IMG/VR virus record: IMGVR_UViG_3300015371_000013
Location: 16,502 to 80,501 of that record
DNA from: a virus
Direction: 5' to 3' (one strand)
DNA: 64,000 nucleotides
The notes under the pieces are model-generated. The model was not told the origin of the DNA. It saw nothing but the letters and a program-made list of their open reading frames with translations, and did no database searches. Of the stretch, positions 1 through 9,460 are shown piece after piece. Position numbers and translations under genes: made by a program. How positions within the stretch are numbered: position 1 is the stretch's first letter; each line of letters begins with the position of its first letter.

Positions 1-3000
1 TCCTCGGCGCCTTCCAAGAATTTGGCGAGTCGTCCATCGAGAAGAAACCGAGCTTTCTCGTAGTCCTCTTGCTTGATCGCCACGCGCGCTTCGGTGAGCG
101 CAGCGTAATTCTTGGTGTAAGGGCCAAATAAGTTTAGAATTTTGATGGTCGTAGGATGCATGCTGACCACATCCAACACTGCCACGTTCTCATAGATTCC
201 GGGTTCGGCGTAGACGTAGCCTCCCTCTCCCGGTTCCTCTCCCTTGTAATAGCTCTTGCCGAGCTCGAACTTGTAACCAGGAAACTGCTCGGAGAGATCT
301 GTGTAGACGAACTTTTTGTGAGCCGTCTTTACATCTTTGCCAAATATGATTCGAGCGGTATGATTCTGAGTGGTGTCATTGACCGTCAATCCGGACAGCT
401 CAGCCAGAATCTGTCGGGCCAGATAATCACCCCTACGAGCCTCGAATACGGCTTCGGTGGCCTTTACGTCATTGACACAGTACTCCACTACTCTTCCCCA
501 GTTCGTCTCGTCTACCGGTTTATCCCAGGGAAGGTCTAACTCCATGTGAAGAATGCCGAGATCGATCTCGAATTTCTTCAAGGATTTCTTCTCGGTGGAG
601 AAGTCCCAAATATCAGCGTAGGAGAGATTGTAAGCCTGGGCGAAGGTGGCTGCGCGGTTTCCCTCGATGATCTTGACAGTCAGACGATACAACTCTTCGT
701 TGCTGGCACCCATAGCCGCAGCGTAGAGAATATGATTGTCAAAGCGGCGATTGTAGAACCCCACCAATTTGAACTTGAACAGTTCTGCCACATCATGCGG
801 CTTGGGGTTGATCATTCTTGCCACGTCGGGTGATCCCTGAAACTTCCAGCACACCACGAAGAGGTTAGGATATACCTCGACATCAAAAAAGACAAGACGA
901 TCATCAGTCACTTCCACTGATCTCTCAGCGGTGAATCTTTCTTCCTTGCTCTCTTCCGTCTCTTCCGAGGCCCACTTCATGTCCTTGACGATTCGCAAAC
1001 AGGCGGCAGCTTGATTAGACGAGTTGTTGGCAAACGCCATGATCTTGCTACGTAGATCAGTCACATCATACTTCATGCCTGATTCGTAGGCATCATCGAG
1101 AATCTTCTTGATGAAATCTATTGACGGCTTGGTGCCGGGATGAATCTCCTTGCGGAGATTTCGATTAATAAGTTCTCGCAGTCCTTGTTCGCTTTGAATC
1201 GTCTTGGCCTTAAGCATCGTTTCCTTTCTCTCCCGCAGCGGCAAGCCTGAACTGATCTTTGCCACTGGTACCCGATTACAACGGGACAACTTCCGTCTTA
1301 GAGAGGCATCGCCCGAGTAGGTCTTAACTTCGACTCCCTCAGCGAACACAGGAGACAGTTCCGACACATCTCCGGTGTAAATATAGTGCAGGTGGATTCC
1401 CGAACCAGAACGGCTGATCTCGGCATAAGTGGCAGGCCACTGAGAGGCCGCTTCCAGATTTCGCTCTAGAGCCTTACGACCGTTTTGACCCTTGAGATCG
1501 AAATCGATCACCACGTGATTTTCCGGGATCTTTACGTAATGAATTTTACGCGTATCAATATCTGAGAGCTTGGTTTCCACATTGGCCCACCGTTTGGTAG
1601 GCATGCCCTCAGAATTGGCCAATTGCGCCGGGCAATCAGCGTAGAAATCATCAAGCAGGGACACCTTCTCTTCTAGGACCAGAGAAAATACGGTTCGATC
1701 GTCGGTCGGGGCCTTGAACTTGTCAGCCGTAAACCCTCGGTACACACTGCGAACCAGCTCGCCATCGATTTCGACCCGGTCCTTGAACTCCTCAAAGTAA
1801 TTTCGCAGTTCTTCACGCATCTTGTACTGCGGAAGAGGCCGGTTGATCCCGCTTTCCTCACAGTAGGTCTTATACAGAAAATATGCTTGCTTTAAGGTAG
1901 TGTAATCCTGGCTCTTGAAGACGTCGTAATGGGCTTCGATGAAGTTAAAGAAGACGTCGGTCTGCAACATCATCTCCATCGGGCGATAGGTATTGTAGTA
2001 ATTCTTACCCATGGACAAATAAACAGAAAGACAATGGTGAGCGATAGCGCCCAGCTCAAAGCCGATCTGGGTCATGAGCGTCTGATAACGCTTGGCCCCG
2101 AACTTGATACCCGTAGGATGCACATCGATCAAGCGGCGGATAATGCCCGACTTGGCGTCAGAAATTCTCACCGGCTGGTTCGAGCCCAGGAACAACATGG
2201 CATCGATCCGGGAAGAATATGCGGGCTTGTACTTCTCGTTCATCGTCATCTGCTCATGAGCGATGATCGAATTAAGCCGAGCGTTTTCCTCGATGCGGCT
2301 CAGATCGCCATCGTGCTGAATCGCCACCAGCGGATTGGACTTGAACACTTCGGTGGCAAAGGCCGAATTGGAAGACCCCAGGGCTTTACCATCAAAGCTC
2401 GTGCAATATCCCTCGAACAGCATGTTGATGATGTTCATCACCGTCGACTTCCCGGTGCCAGGAGGCCCATAGAAGACGATGAACTTCTGGATCTTCTTGG
2501 AATCACCAGCAATAATCGAACCGATCGCCCATTCGATCTTGGCTCGTTCATCTGGCGAATAAAGCGTGGACATGAGTTCATCCCACGCGGAAATATCCCC
2601 CTCGCCGATGGCATAGGGAAGCATCTTGCTGACATAATCTGATTTCTTTATCTCCGCATTGGCGAAGGTCAGATTACGATCCAGCGGTTTACTGTTATCG
2701 GAAATATGGGCCATGAACTTTCGAAATTGAGCCCAGGAGTTGGAATGGAACGATCGCATGAATTTTACGAGATAACGCTGCCCGGTCTCCCGCTGCAGTT
2801 TTTCCTTCTCCTGGGCCAGAACTTCATCGACGAGCCGTTGCACGTCGTATTCGTCTCTCGACCACAGATTCTTTTCGGGATCCCAGATGGCATAGAATCG
2901 TCCACCCTGGACCATCAGATCCTCGGAGCGCCCAACCACAAAGTCAGGATATAGCTCCAACTGCTTGTCCTTTGCTTCCCTCGCAAGGATCTGAATGAAG

Positions 3001-3005
3001 TCCAT
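1..3005 (-). CDS. SF3/D5-like helicase - primase (AEP) - 3'-5' exonuclease - DNA polymerase fusion (3' part runs off the window)
   Basis: Absent from the ORF track because it has no stop in the window. Manual translation from ATG 3005 (RBS GAAAGGAG) gives MDFIQILARE..., Walker A YGPPGTGKST (~2440-2470), AEP-like VIDFD and GIHLHY, exonuclease VFFDVEVY / FYNRRFDNH / YCVNDV, and polymerase-like VLDVVSMHPT near 150-185, which is in frame with the start. Confidence 0.85.
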   Translation of the reverse strand, partial: MDFIQILAREAKDKQLELYPDFVVGRSEDLMVQGGRFYAIWDPEKNLWSRDEYDVQRLVDEVLAQEKEKLQRETGQRYLVKFMRSFHSNSWAQFRKFMAHISDNSKPLDRNLTFANAEIKKSDYVSKMLPYAIGEGDISAWDELMSTLYSPDERAKIEWAIGSIIAGDSKKIQKFIVFYGPPGTGKSTVMNIINMLFEGYCTSFDGKALGSSNSAFATEVFKSNPLVAIQHDGDLSRIEENARLNSIIAHEQMTMNEKYKPAYSSRIDAMLFLGSNQPVRISDAKSGIIRRLIDVHPTGIKFGAKRYQTLMTQIGFELGAIAHHCLSVYLSMGKNYYNTYRPMEMMLQTDVFFNFIEAHYDVFKSQDYTTLKQAYFLYKTYCEESGINRPLPQYKMREELRNYFEEFKDRVEIDGELVRSVYRGFTADKFKAPTDDRTVFSLVLEEKVSLLDDFYADCPAQLANSEGMPTKRWANVETKLSDIDTRKIHYVKIPENHVVIDFDLKGQNGRKALERNLEAASQWPATYAEISRSGSGIHLHYIYTGDVSELSPVFAEGVEVKTYSGDASLRRKLSRCNRVPVAKISSGLPLRERKETMLKAKTIQSEQGLRELINRNLRKEIHPGTKPSIDFIKKILDDAYESGMKYDVTDLRSKIMAFANNSSNQAAACLRIVKDMKWASEETEESKEERFTAERSVEVTDDRLVFFDVEVYPNLFVVCWKFQGSPDVARMINPKPHDVAELFKFKLVGFYNRRFDNHILYAAAMGASNEELYRLTVKIIEGNRAATFAQAYNLSYADIWDFSTEKKSLKKFEIDLGILHMELDLPWDKPVDETNWGRVVEYCVNDVKATEAVFEARRGDYLARQILAELSGLTVNDTTQNHTARIIFGKDVKTAHKKFVYTDLSEQFPGYKFELGKSYYKGEEPGEGGYVYAEPGIYENVAVLDVVSMHPTTIKILNLFGPYTKNYAALTEARVAIKQEDYEKARFLLDGRLAKFLEGAE

Positions 3006-3023
3006 CACTCTCCTTTCTGTTTA

Positions 3024-3164
3024 TTACTCGTCGTCGGGTTTCAGTGGCTCATAACTGAATCCGCGGTTCTCTTCGCGATGGATTCCCCACCACGCTATGA
3101 GAAAGCAGACTACGGCAATCAATAACACAGCCACTGCCGCGTATAACAAAGTGTCTTTACTCAT
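3024..3164 (-). CDS. small membrane protein (46 aa)
   Basis: Manual ORF MSKDTLLYAAVAVLLIAVVCFLIAWWG..., GGAGG RBS, one TM segment. Confidence 0.65.
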   Translation of the reverse strand: MSKDTLLYAAVAVLLIAVVCFLIAWWGIHREENRGFSYEPLKPDDE

Positions 3165-3360
3165 GGACCTCCGGTACATCGTCGCTGTAATATCTAAATC
3201 CCACTGTGGTTTCGGCGTGAGTACTTTCGGCTAGGTTACAGTGTTTGCACAACGACCACCATTCGCCCTTGGGCTCGAACGGATGATCGGTAGTAATAGA
3301 AGGAGTTTGATCGTGTAAGACTTCCTTAGGTCTTGCTTTTCGTGAATCTTCAATTGCCAT
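3157..3360 (-). CDS. hypothetical protein with CxxC...H motif
   Basis: ORF track, restarted at MAIEDS; overlaps both neighbours. Confidence 0.6.
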   Translation of the reverse strand: MAIEDSRKARPKEVLHDQTPSITTDHPFEPKGEWWSLCKHCNLAESTHAETTVGFRYYSDDVPEVHE

Positions 3361-3907
3361 GTCGATGCTCCGGGTGAAGTTCTTCAATGAATGAATTCAT
3401 CTGATACCAGAGTTCGATACGAGTCTGATCGTCATCTGGCCAGGCCAAGGGGAAAAATCCACCTGTGCCGTCAGGCAAATATGTTCTCTCCATGGCAACC
3501 TGCATGATTTCCCCGGCTTTACGCTGCTTGGGTCTGGTAAATGGGTCTGATAGTCGGTTTAGCTCCAGGTTGGTCAAGAGCTCCCATGCCCAACCCGACG
3601 GTCGTCCTCCGGCGGCAAACCCCAATCGACGGGAAAGCCCGATCAGAACTTCCAGGAAAGACCCTGGACCCAGTTTCTCCATGTCACGATGACGAACCTG
3701 AAACTCGCGAGAAAATTCTGTCCGCAATTCCAGGCCGTCGGCAACTCGGTTGTCATCCAAGGGAACACTCCAAATAAATGGAGTATCAAACATGAAGTTG
3801 AGAAGTCCCCAATAGGTTTTTCCCTGACTTCCAGACTTATCATTGAGTTGGGGTTCCAACCAATGAAGGTATTCTTCTCTTACCTCCTCAATCGTCCTCC
3901 TGCTCAT
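3350..3907 (-). CDS. conserved phage hypothetical protein
   Basis: 185 aa; DDNRVADGLELR and GGFFPL...IELWYQM motifs typical of this phage group's replication region. Confidence 0.8.
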   Translation of the reverse strand: MSRRTIEEVREEYLHWLEPQLNDKSGSQGKTYWGLLNFMFDTPFIWSVPLDDNRVADGLELRTEFSREFQVRHRDMEKLGPGSFLEVLIGLSRRLGFAAGGRPSGWAWELLTNLELNRLSDPFTRPKQRKAGEIMQVAMERTYLPDGTGGFFPLAWPDDDQTRIELWYQMNSFIEELHPEHRHGN

Positions 3908-4781
3908 CTCTTTCCTTCATTCGCATCCTTTCCAGATTTCGGTAAGCTGGCGAATCGTGAGTGAATCCGTGAACCTCCTCGGCGAATTTGTTCGGAGATC
4001 TGATCACCTCATAGATGATCTCCACCTTGTCGTTACGAACATAGACGATGACAGGATCTCCTGAGCCATGACCGAAACGGAGCAGGTTGCCTTCGCCTAT
4101 CAACTCAGCACGATCGGTGTGGCCGATGACCTCATCGCGATCATTGCAGAGAACATCATCGCCTTCGTAATAGGTCACCGTGACCATGTCATAGCCTTCA
4201 GAAGCGTCGTCATACTTCTCGTCGACATGAATGACGTAGGGAATCTCCGGGGACCGGCTCTTGCGTTCCTCATGCCAGTCCCACTCAAATTCCTCTTCGA
4301 TCCCATCCTGGACGAATATGTTCTGAACTTCTGTGCTTTTGATCTCTGGCTCAACCCGAGGCGGCTGATCAGAGGGGTCATCGCTTTCGACCACTCGAGT
4401 CGGGGGCGGAACCGCCATGGGAGGCGGGGTTTCCTTCTCAGTTGGAGAATATCCCCGCTCTTTGACGATCTCCCCGACCGGACGTTTGGCTTCCTTGGCC
4501 TCAAGCGCCCGCGCCTTCTCCTGATAGTGGCGCCGCATCTCAGAAATCTCGTCGTCGGAAATCTTGGAGTACTTTGTCTCCGCTCGCGAATATGCGAACT
4601 TGTAAGCTACGAAGGCTCCCGTAGCCGCTCCTAGAAACCATCCTCCCACTGCGTAACTGATCTTGGCCCGATTGAGCGCTCGAATCGCCTGCTCGGCTAG
4701 TTCAGCCTGATCCGAGACTTCGCCCGCCACGTCAGCGGCAACGTTGATGACAGTCTCAGCGGCTTTATCCGCAGCACTCAT
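3888..4781 (-). CDS. conserved phage hypothetical protein (N-terminal TM)
   Basis: 297 aa; PYVI...TYYEGDDVL...VYVRND motif; coupled to neighbours. Confidence 0.8.
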   Translation of the reverse strand: MSAADKAAETVINVAADVAGEVSDQAELAEQAIRALNRAKISYAVGGWFLGAATGAFVAYKFAYSRAETKYSKISDDEISEMRRHYQEKARALEAKEAKRPVGEIVKERGYSPTEKETPPPMAVPPPTRVVESDDPSDQPPRVEPEIKSTEVQNIFVQDGIEEEFEWDWHEERKSRSPEIPYVIHVDEKYDDASEGYDMVTVTYYEGDDVLCNDRDEVIGHTDRAELIGEGNLLRFGHGSGDPVIVYVRNDKVEIIYEVIRSPNKFAEEVHGFTHDSPAYRNLERMRMKERDEQEDD

Positions 4782-5740
4782 AGATCTCCCCGCGCCTTTC
4801 GCTTGTCAATCAGATCCCAGATGGGGCCATCGACATTGAAGTCGAGAAGAATGGATCCCTCTCGACCGTTCATACCTCTGAAGAAATCGCTGCCATGTCC
4901 GTTCTCATCCCAACAACCGAAATCCACCCAGTTATCACCAGCGTGTTTCTCGTTATGTGGATCCCATACCCAGCCCACGATGGCTCCGGCTGAGGTATGT
5001 GACAATCCGATCATGGAATATACTTCATTGAGGAACAGATGGCCTCGGGAATGAAGCATGTCATTGGCCCAATTCTGCTGATCTCGCAACCACTTCCAAT
5101 TTCCGTAATCGAATGCTGGAGACTGGAAGTTAGGATTCTCCTCGTCGAACCAACGAGCATAGCCCGAGGGCTCGCCCGGCTCCACAATGACGGTATCGAC
5201 CGCCTTGCCGGTCTCCTCGTCGATGATGGTAACTTCCTCGGCCCCATATCGGAGCTCGCGATCGGTCTGTTCGCCATAGCGGTCGACCACTCGCTGTCGG
5301 TACATTCTGAAGGCATGGTCTACCGCGACATAGGCTGCCGTCAAAGCTGCGTTGCGATCCTTTAGGATTTGGTGAGACTTGGTCAAACAGACCAGTCCAA
5401 CCCCTCCGAGAATAACCGAGGGAGCATAGAGCTTGGCGATCTTGACTAGTCCCTTGGCCTTGATGATGCGGAGATCCTCTTCCATCTCTGCTTCGCTGTA
5501 CGTCGTACCTTCTCGAGCCTGGCCAGAGTCGACGTAAGCCTTGGCCTCGGCAGCCTTCTTCTTATTGGTTTCAATTTCGTCGAACACTTCTTCGAGTTGA
5601 AGGGTGGCTCGACAGGCCAGGACAGTGGAGCCCACCATGCTGACCACACCAGCGCCGAGCAAGATCGTCGGCGAATTCTTGCGAGCAACTAATACTTGCT
5701 CAGCGACCTTGCGACTGATCGCATGGGGGATGAATTTCAT
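4778..5740 (-). CDS. DUF6353-like conserved phage protein
   Basis: SPTILLGAGVVSMVGSTVLACRAT, LFLNEVY, LDFNVDG motifs; AAGGAG RBS. Confidence 0.8.
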   Translation of the reverse strand: MKFIPHAISRKVAEQVLVARKNSPTILLGAGVVSMVGSTVLACRATLQLEEVFDEIETNKKKAAEAKAYVDSGQAREGTTYSEAEMEEDLRIIKAKGLVKIAKLYAPSVILGGVGLVCLTKSHQILKDRNAALTAAYVAVDHAFRMYRQRVVDRYGEQTDRELRYGAEEVTIIDEETGKAVDTVIVEPGEPSGYARWFDEENPNFQSPAFDYGNWKWLRDQQNWANDMLHSRGHLFLNEVYSMIGLSHTSAGAIVGWVWDPHNEKHAGDNWVDFGCWDENGHGSDFFRGMNGREGSILLDFNVDGPIWDLIDKRKARGDL

Positions 5741-5749
5741 CTAAGCTCC

Positions 5750-5917
5750 TTATTGGGATTCTTGGTCTTCTTGGCCGATCTCTGAATTTTTCAGCAGAGA
5801 GTTACAGTTCAAGCATTGTGAGCGATACTTACCCACTCGAGAATATCCCTTGGTGCTACCACATTCGGTGCAGGGAAAGGGACGTGATTGGGGTTCTGGT
5901 TCTTGATTATCAGGCAT
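5750..5917 (-). CDS. small Zn-ribbon protein (55 aa)
   Basis: Manual ORF with CTEC...CLNC. Confidence 0.65.
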   Translation of the reverse strand: MPDNQEPEPQSRPFPCTECGSTKGYSRVGKYRSQCLNCNSLLKNSEIGQEDQESQ

Positions 5918-6090
5918 CAGTTCTTCTCCGCCAGATGTAAGTGAAGGACACAGTAGATCGGATCAGAATATCCCTTGGGTTTGTCTTCTACGGAAACAAT
6001 GTTCGGACATCCTGGAGCATCACAGTTACGAAACTCGTGTTTGACCACTGGCTTGCGACTTGTATACACCTTCTCTCTTGGTTGTTTCAT
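5917..6090 (-). CDS. small Cys/His protein (57 aa)
   Basis: Manual ORF MKQPREKVY...CDAPGC...YCVLH; TGATG coupling to the next gene. Confidence 0.6.
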   Translation of the reverse strand: MKQPREKVYTSRKPVVKHEFRNCDAPGCPNIVSVEDKPKGYSDPIYCVLHLHLAEKN

Positions 6091-6092
6091 GC

Positions 6093-6749
6093 TTATAGAG
6101 ATTGTGGTTCAGGAAGATCTAGCAAATATCCTTTTCCGCCTTTCATAGGTCGGACCTGAGCCCCAGGAAGAGAAGTCCATCCCCACTTGTGATCGGTGTG
6201 ATCACTACGAATACCAACCATGTCGTAGAGCTCAGACACCTTTACCACGCCAAACCGAGAAAGAAATTCGAACATCTGATCGAGCACTTCAGTGGCTTCG
6301 GCTCGTGAGGAAATAACAATCTCGTCAAAGTCATGTCGAACTCTGGCCTGACGAGACAGCATACGAGTTCCTGAAGAAGTTGGCGGTCGAGTCGTACTGT
6401 AGGATTGATAATTCGTACGAGGAGGGTTGTCAGAATATACCGACTGATTGCCGTAGCGTCGTGAACGTCGTCCCTCGCCATAGATCCACCGATCGAAACC
6501 GCCTTGGATTGCGTTGTAGACCACATCCCGAATCTCCGGAATGACAATTTCGGTCAAAGCGAAATCGACTGCGCTTCGAGGGTCTCCGGCGATGAAGATT
6601 TCTTTAAAACGTCGTCCAACCCCTTTTCTCCGCCGATCGGCCTCGGCAGAGGTGATGCGCTCGATCCTATCCGGCCCCACATCTTGTGGAGGCCCTTCGG
6701 ATCGTGCTCGTGCCTTGGCACTGTTGGCGGGAAACTCTTGCATGTACAT
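6093..6749 (-). CDS. conserved phage hypothetical protein
   Basis: 218 aa; C-terminal V..LYD..G...D.KWGWT.L...YLLDLPEP motif. Confidence 0.8.
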   Translation of the reverse strand: MYMQEFPANSAKARARSEGPPQDVGPDRIERITSAEADRRRKGVGRRFKEIFIAGDPRSAVDFALTEIVIPEIRDVVYNAIQGGFDRWIYGEGRRSRRYGNQSVYSDNPPRTNYQSYSTTRPPTSSGTRMLSRQARVRHDFDEIVISSRAEATEVLDQMFEFLSRFGVVKVSELYDMVGIRSDHTDHKWGWTSLPGAQVRPMKGGKGYLLDLPEPQSL

Positions 6750-6767
6750 CCTTGGTTGAGGTGAAAG

Positions 6768-6797
6768 AAAAAAGAGAGTCCGTGATGGACCCTCTTT
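6768..6797 (-). terminator. intrinsic terminator
   Basis: AGAGGGTCC-ATCAC-GGACTCTCT followed by a T-tract on the minus strand. Confidence 0.75.
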
Positions 6798-6804
6798 AGA
6801 GGTA

Positions 6805-6966
6805 CTACTTGCCAGCGTCCTTCATGGCGCGTCTAGCGACTTCCTGCTTCCAGGCCGCCGAGTTGATGAGCTTGCTTGCGGCGCCGAGCAGTGCAGCTGC
6901 GACTCCGAGAGCAAGAATGGGATTCTCTTCGGCCTGTTCCTTCAGGTTGTGGATAAACTTGTCCAT
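6805..6966 (-). CDS. cassette-borne small membrane protein (53 aa)
   Basis: MDKFIHNLKEQ..., AGGAGG RBS, lies between motif 6993-7019 and a terminator. Confidence 0.75.
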   Translation of the reverse strand: MDKFIHNLKEQAEENPILALGVAAALLGAASKLINSAAWKQEVARRAMKDAGK

Positions 6967-7031
6967 GGATTCCTCCTGGATAGGGTAGCTTTTCATTATA
7001 GGAGGGGTTTTTCCCGCGATCTCACCCGGAC

Positions 7032-7132
7032 AAAAAAGAAAGCCTGTGCGAGAATGAACTCTAAGGTTACTCACAGGTGTCTATCGCATTATTTCTCCAA
7101 AGCCTTGGATCGGCGGGCAATAGCACTCTTTC
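7032..7132 (-). ncRNA. putative cassette-borne structured sRNA (~100 nt)
   Basis: No RBS/ORF between motif 7131 and the U-tract at 7032. Stems GAAAG/CUUUC, GUGCUAUUGC/GCGAUAGACAC, UCCAA/UUGGA, CCUGUG/CACAGG. Confidence 0.65.
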
Positions 7133-7164
7133 ATTAAAGGCTATGTTTTTCACGCGAATTACAC

Positions 7165-7200
7165 AAAAAAGAGAACCTGCGTTTTAGACAGATTCTCCTT
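7165..7200 (-). terminator. intrinsic terminator
   Basis: GAGAATCTG...CAGGTTCTC plus T6. Confidence 0.7.
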
Positions 7201-7205
7201 TGAGA

Positions 7206-7487
7206 TTACTTCTCCTGCTTGTCGTTCTTCTTAGCTTGGCGATTGTTCCACTTCTCGGTGAGGAAGTCGGCGGTCTTGTCGACGGCGATATCGGTGAGAC
7301 TGCCGCAGGCGTTACTTACGCCCCAGCCAACGATACCCGCTCCGATCTTGACGATCATGGCGTCCTTCTCGAAATTGGTGTTGTTGGCTGTGGTGTTGGT
7401 AACAACTTCGGCCGTCTTGATAGCGACGATCGACCTAGCGACCCACTTCGCAATGTTGCGAGCGGTGAAATCAGTAGGATCCAGCAT
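7206..7487 (-). CDS. cassette-borne hypothetical protein (93 aa)
   Basis: MLDPTDF..., AGGAG RBS, downstream of motif 7517. Confidence 0.75.
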   Translation of the reverse strand: MLDPTDFTARNIAKWVARSIVAIKTAEVVTNTTANNTNFEKDAMIVKIGAGIVGWGVSNACGSLTDIAVDKTADFLTEKWNNRQAKKNDKQEK

Positions 7488-7624
7488 AGAATTACTCCTA
7501 GTTTGGGGTTTGGTTCTCATTATAGGCGATGAAATATACGCGAGCCACGCGCTAACCCGTCCCACTGCTCGCACTCTACTGGCGCCGCCACTGGAGATAA
7601 GCCGGTCTTTCGTAGAGCTAAAAC

Positions 7625-7852
7625 TTAGAACAACTCAAGCTGGTCATCTTGATCATCTTGATCTTCTCGAATATCCCGTTCGAGTTCTTCAGGAGTCTCA
7701 GGTTTAGGCTTCTGACTATCTCTGATAAACCTGAGATAAACCGCTGTGATTCGATCTCTCGGCCAATTGGCGACCTTTTCTTGCCAGGCCAGGCCGGGAT
7801 ACATCTTGGATACGTAATTTCGACGATCACGATCTTCTTTGTCTTGACTCAT
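7625..7852 (-). CDS. conserved small phage protein
   Basis: Y....W..KV..W....I.AVY motif with an acidic tail. Confidence 0.7.
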   Translation of the reverse strand: MSQDKEDRDRRNYVSKMYPGLAWQEKVANWPRDRITAVYLRFIRDSQKPKPETPEELERDIREDQDDQDDQLELF

Positions 7853-7855
7853 AAT

Positions 7856-7963
7856 CTATCGCCAGGACCATAGAATGGCAAAGAATATAAGGCACAGCCC
7901 CACCAGCATGATGGCCAGTACCTCACCTGGGCCCAGGCAGAGTCCAAGCCATTTGCAGAGCAT
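7856..7963 (-). CDS. small membrane peptide (35 aa)
   Basis: Manual ORF MLCKWLGLCLGPGEVLAIMLVGLCLIFFAILWSWR with AAAGGA RBS. Confidence 0.55.
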   Translation of the reverse strand: MLCKWLGLCLGPGEVLAIMLVGLCLIFFAILWSWR

Positions 7964-7994
7964 GGATTTGTCCTTTGAAATCGAGATTCTGAGC

Positions 7995-8265
7995 TGCCTC
8001 CATTGCCGTGCGGGATGAGCACCATGGCAATTGGCACTCCCTGCTGTTCTTCACAGCCAGGTCGCAGATCATCCCCTGCCCGTGGCGCCTACGTCTGGAG
8101 GGCGTACGGGTGGAGGAATGACCCCACTCAGAGTCTTTCTGAGTGGTCTTTTCCTAGAGGATATGGGGTACAAGGACGCAACTGCTTCTATCGCTGTTGT
8201 CTTTTATAGGCTAGCACTCTATGGGCTGCCGTCCTTGCCTTGCGCTTACCCCATCTCCCTAGGAG
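7995..8265 (-). ncRNA. putative structured non-coding RNA block
   Basis: No credible ORF; consecutive hairpins plus a long branched stem at 8152-8264. Confidence 0.55.
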
Positions 8266-8269
8266 AGCT

Positions 8270-8485
8270 TTAACCCACCACGCTGATCTGGCGGATCACG
8301 AACGCGTTCGAGGCACTTCCATGCGCGGAGAGTTCCAACCTATCTCCCCGAGGCGTGATCCTCAATCGGGCTTGTGGGTTACTTCTGCTCTCCACGAACA
8401 CTTCTCCGCTGGGATTCGTGTATACCACCACGTCCCGGCTTTCGAAGTGAATCGGAAACTGCTCGGTTCCGATGTGAGAGGCCAT
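8270..8485 (-). CDS. hypothetical protein (71 aa)
   Basis: ORF track; AGGAGG RBS. Confidence 0.7.
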   Translation of the reverse strand: MASHIGTEQFPIHFESRDVVVYTNPSGEVFVESRSNPQARLRITPRGDRLELSAHGSASNAFVIRQISVVG

Positions 8486-8563
8486 GCATCCTCCTACTGT
8501 GGTTTAAGCCACCACATGGGCTTGACTACCTTTTGAAGCCATAGTTTTAAATATGCAAGCCAC

Positions 8564-8799
8564 GGGTCCGAACTATCCTACCCTGCCTGCTCTCTACCGG
8601 CGCCTGACTATTGAACGAACGAAGCCAAGAATTCAATAGTCGGTATTTTGTAGAGCGTCTTACCTCTAGTTTGGGTTTTGGTTATGCGTCAAATATGACC
8701 GTGAGACCGTATAGTTTGCTGGCTCCCGGTGTTCGACGACGAATATGAGGTCAATCAAATCCGGTTACTTAGCCTATTATTTGGTCGTTGCACGGACCC
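8564..8799 (-). ncRNA. putative ~235-nt structured RNA
   Basis: Intergenic; ends pair (GGGTCCG/CGGACCC); perfect 10-bp stem 8606-8615/8632-8641. Confidence 0.45.
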
Positions 8800-8824
8800 C
8801 TTAACAGGTACCAGCTTTAAAGAT

Positions 8825-9460
8825 TTAGGCCAGCTTGAAACGACCGGCAGCTAGACCGGTCTGAAGATCGGATGAATCCATCTCTACGACTTCGGCCTGG
8901 GTGAGAGTGACCGGATTATTAGAAGTGGCTGAGGCAATCTTTTTATCTCGATCAGCCTTCGTCTCGGCTATAGATCTCTGAGCAACCGCCGGTCGGGGAC
9001 CCATAGGTGTCTGAGCTCCATCAGCTTGAGCCTTCTCTGCCTGGGCTCGAATATCACCGGCAATCTTCTCAAGGTTGCTGGGAACCACACCGTTCATGAA
9101 TTCGGCGGCAGCTCCGGCGTCCGTACACAGCTCGAAGAGCAGCTGGGAAAAGGCTTCGGTAGAGGCAAATTCTTCCCAGATGACCGATGACTTGCGGAAG
9201 CTGTCTCCGTCTTTTCTGCCATAGGCTCGACGAATAATATCCTTGATCTCGGTCATGATGGCTTTGCCATCTTCAGAATCGACGATACGCTGAAGCTTGG
9301 CCTGCATACCCGTAAGCGTCTCGCCATCTTTGACGTATTTCACGCCGTGTTCTTCCATCTCCATCTCGACCAGATCAGCCTTGGAAATATGAAAGTAGTG
9401 TTCCTCCGTCACCTCCTCTTCGGTGAACGGGTTCTCGTAGGTGATGGTCTTCTTGAGCAA
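8825..9460 (-). CDS. conserved phage protein (MLKKTITY family)
   Basis: 211 aa; YFHISKADLVEME and AYG.K motifs; GAAAGGAG RBS. Confidence 0.8.
   Translation of the reverse strand: MLKKTITYENPFTEEEVTEEHYFHISKADLVEMEMEEHGVKYVKDGETLTGMQAKLQRIVDSEDGKAIMTEIKDIIRRAYGRKDGDSFRKSSVIWEEFASTEAFSQLLFELCTDAGAAAEFMNGVVPSNLEKIAGDIRAQAEKAQADGAQTPMGPRPAVAQRSIAETKADRDKKIASATSNNPVTLTQAEVVEMDSSDLQTGLAAGRFKLA

Noticed and set aside
8493-8820. tmRNA (a 12-codon frame ending VVA lies at about 8504-8542)
   Set aside because: No tRNA-like acceptor/T-arm ends, and the short frame lies outside the end-paired region.
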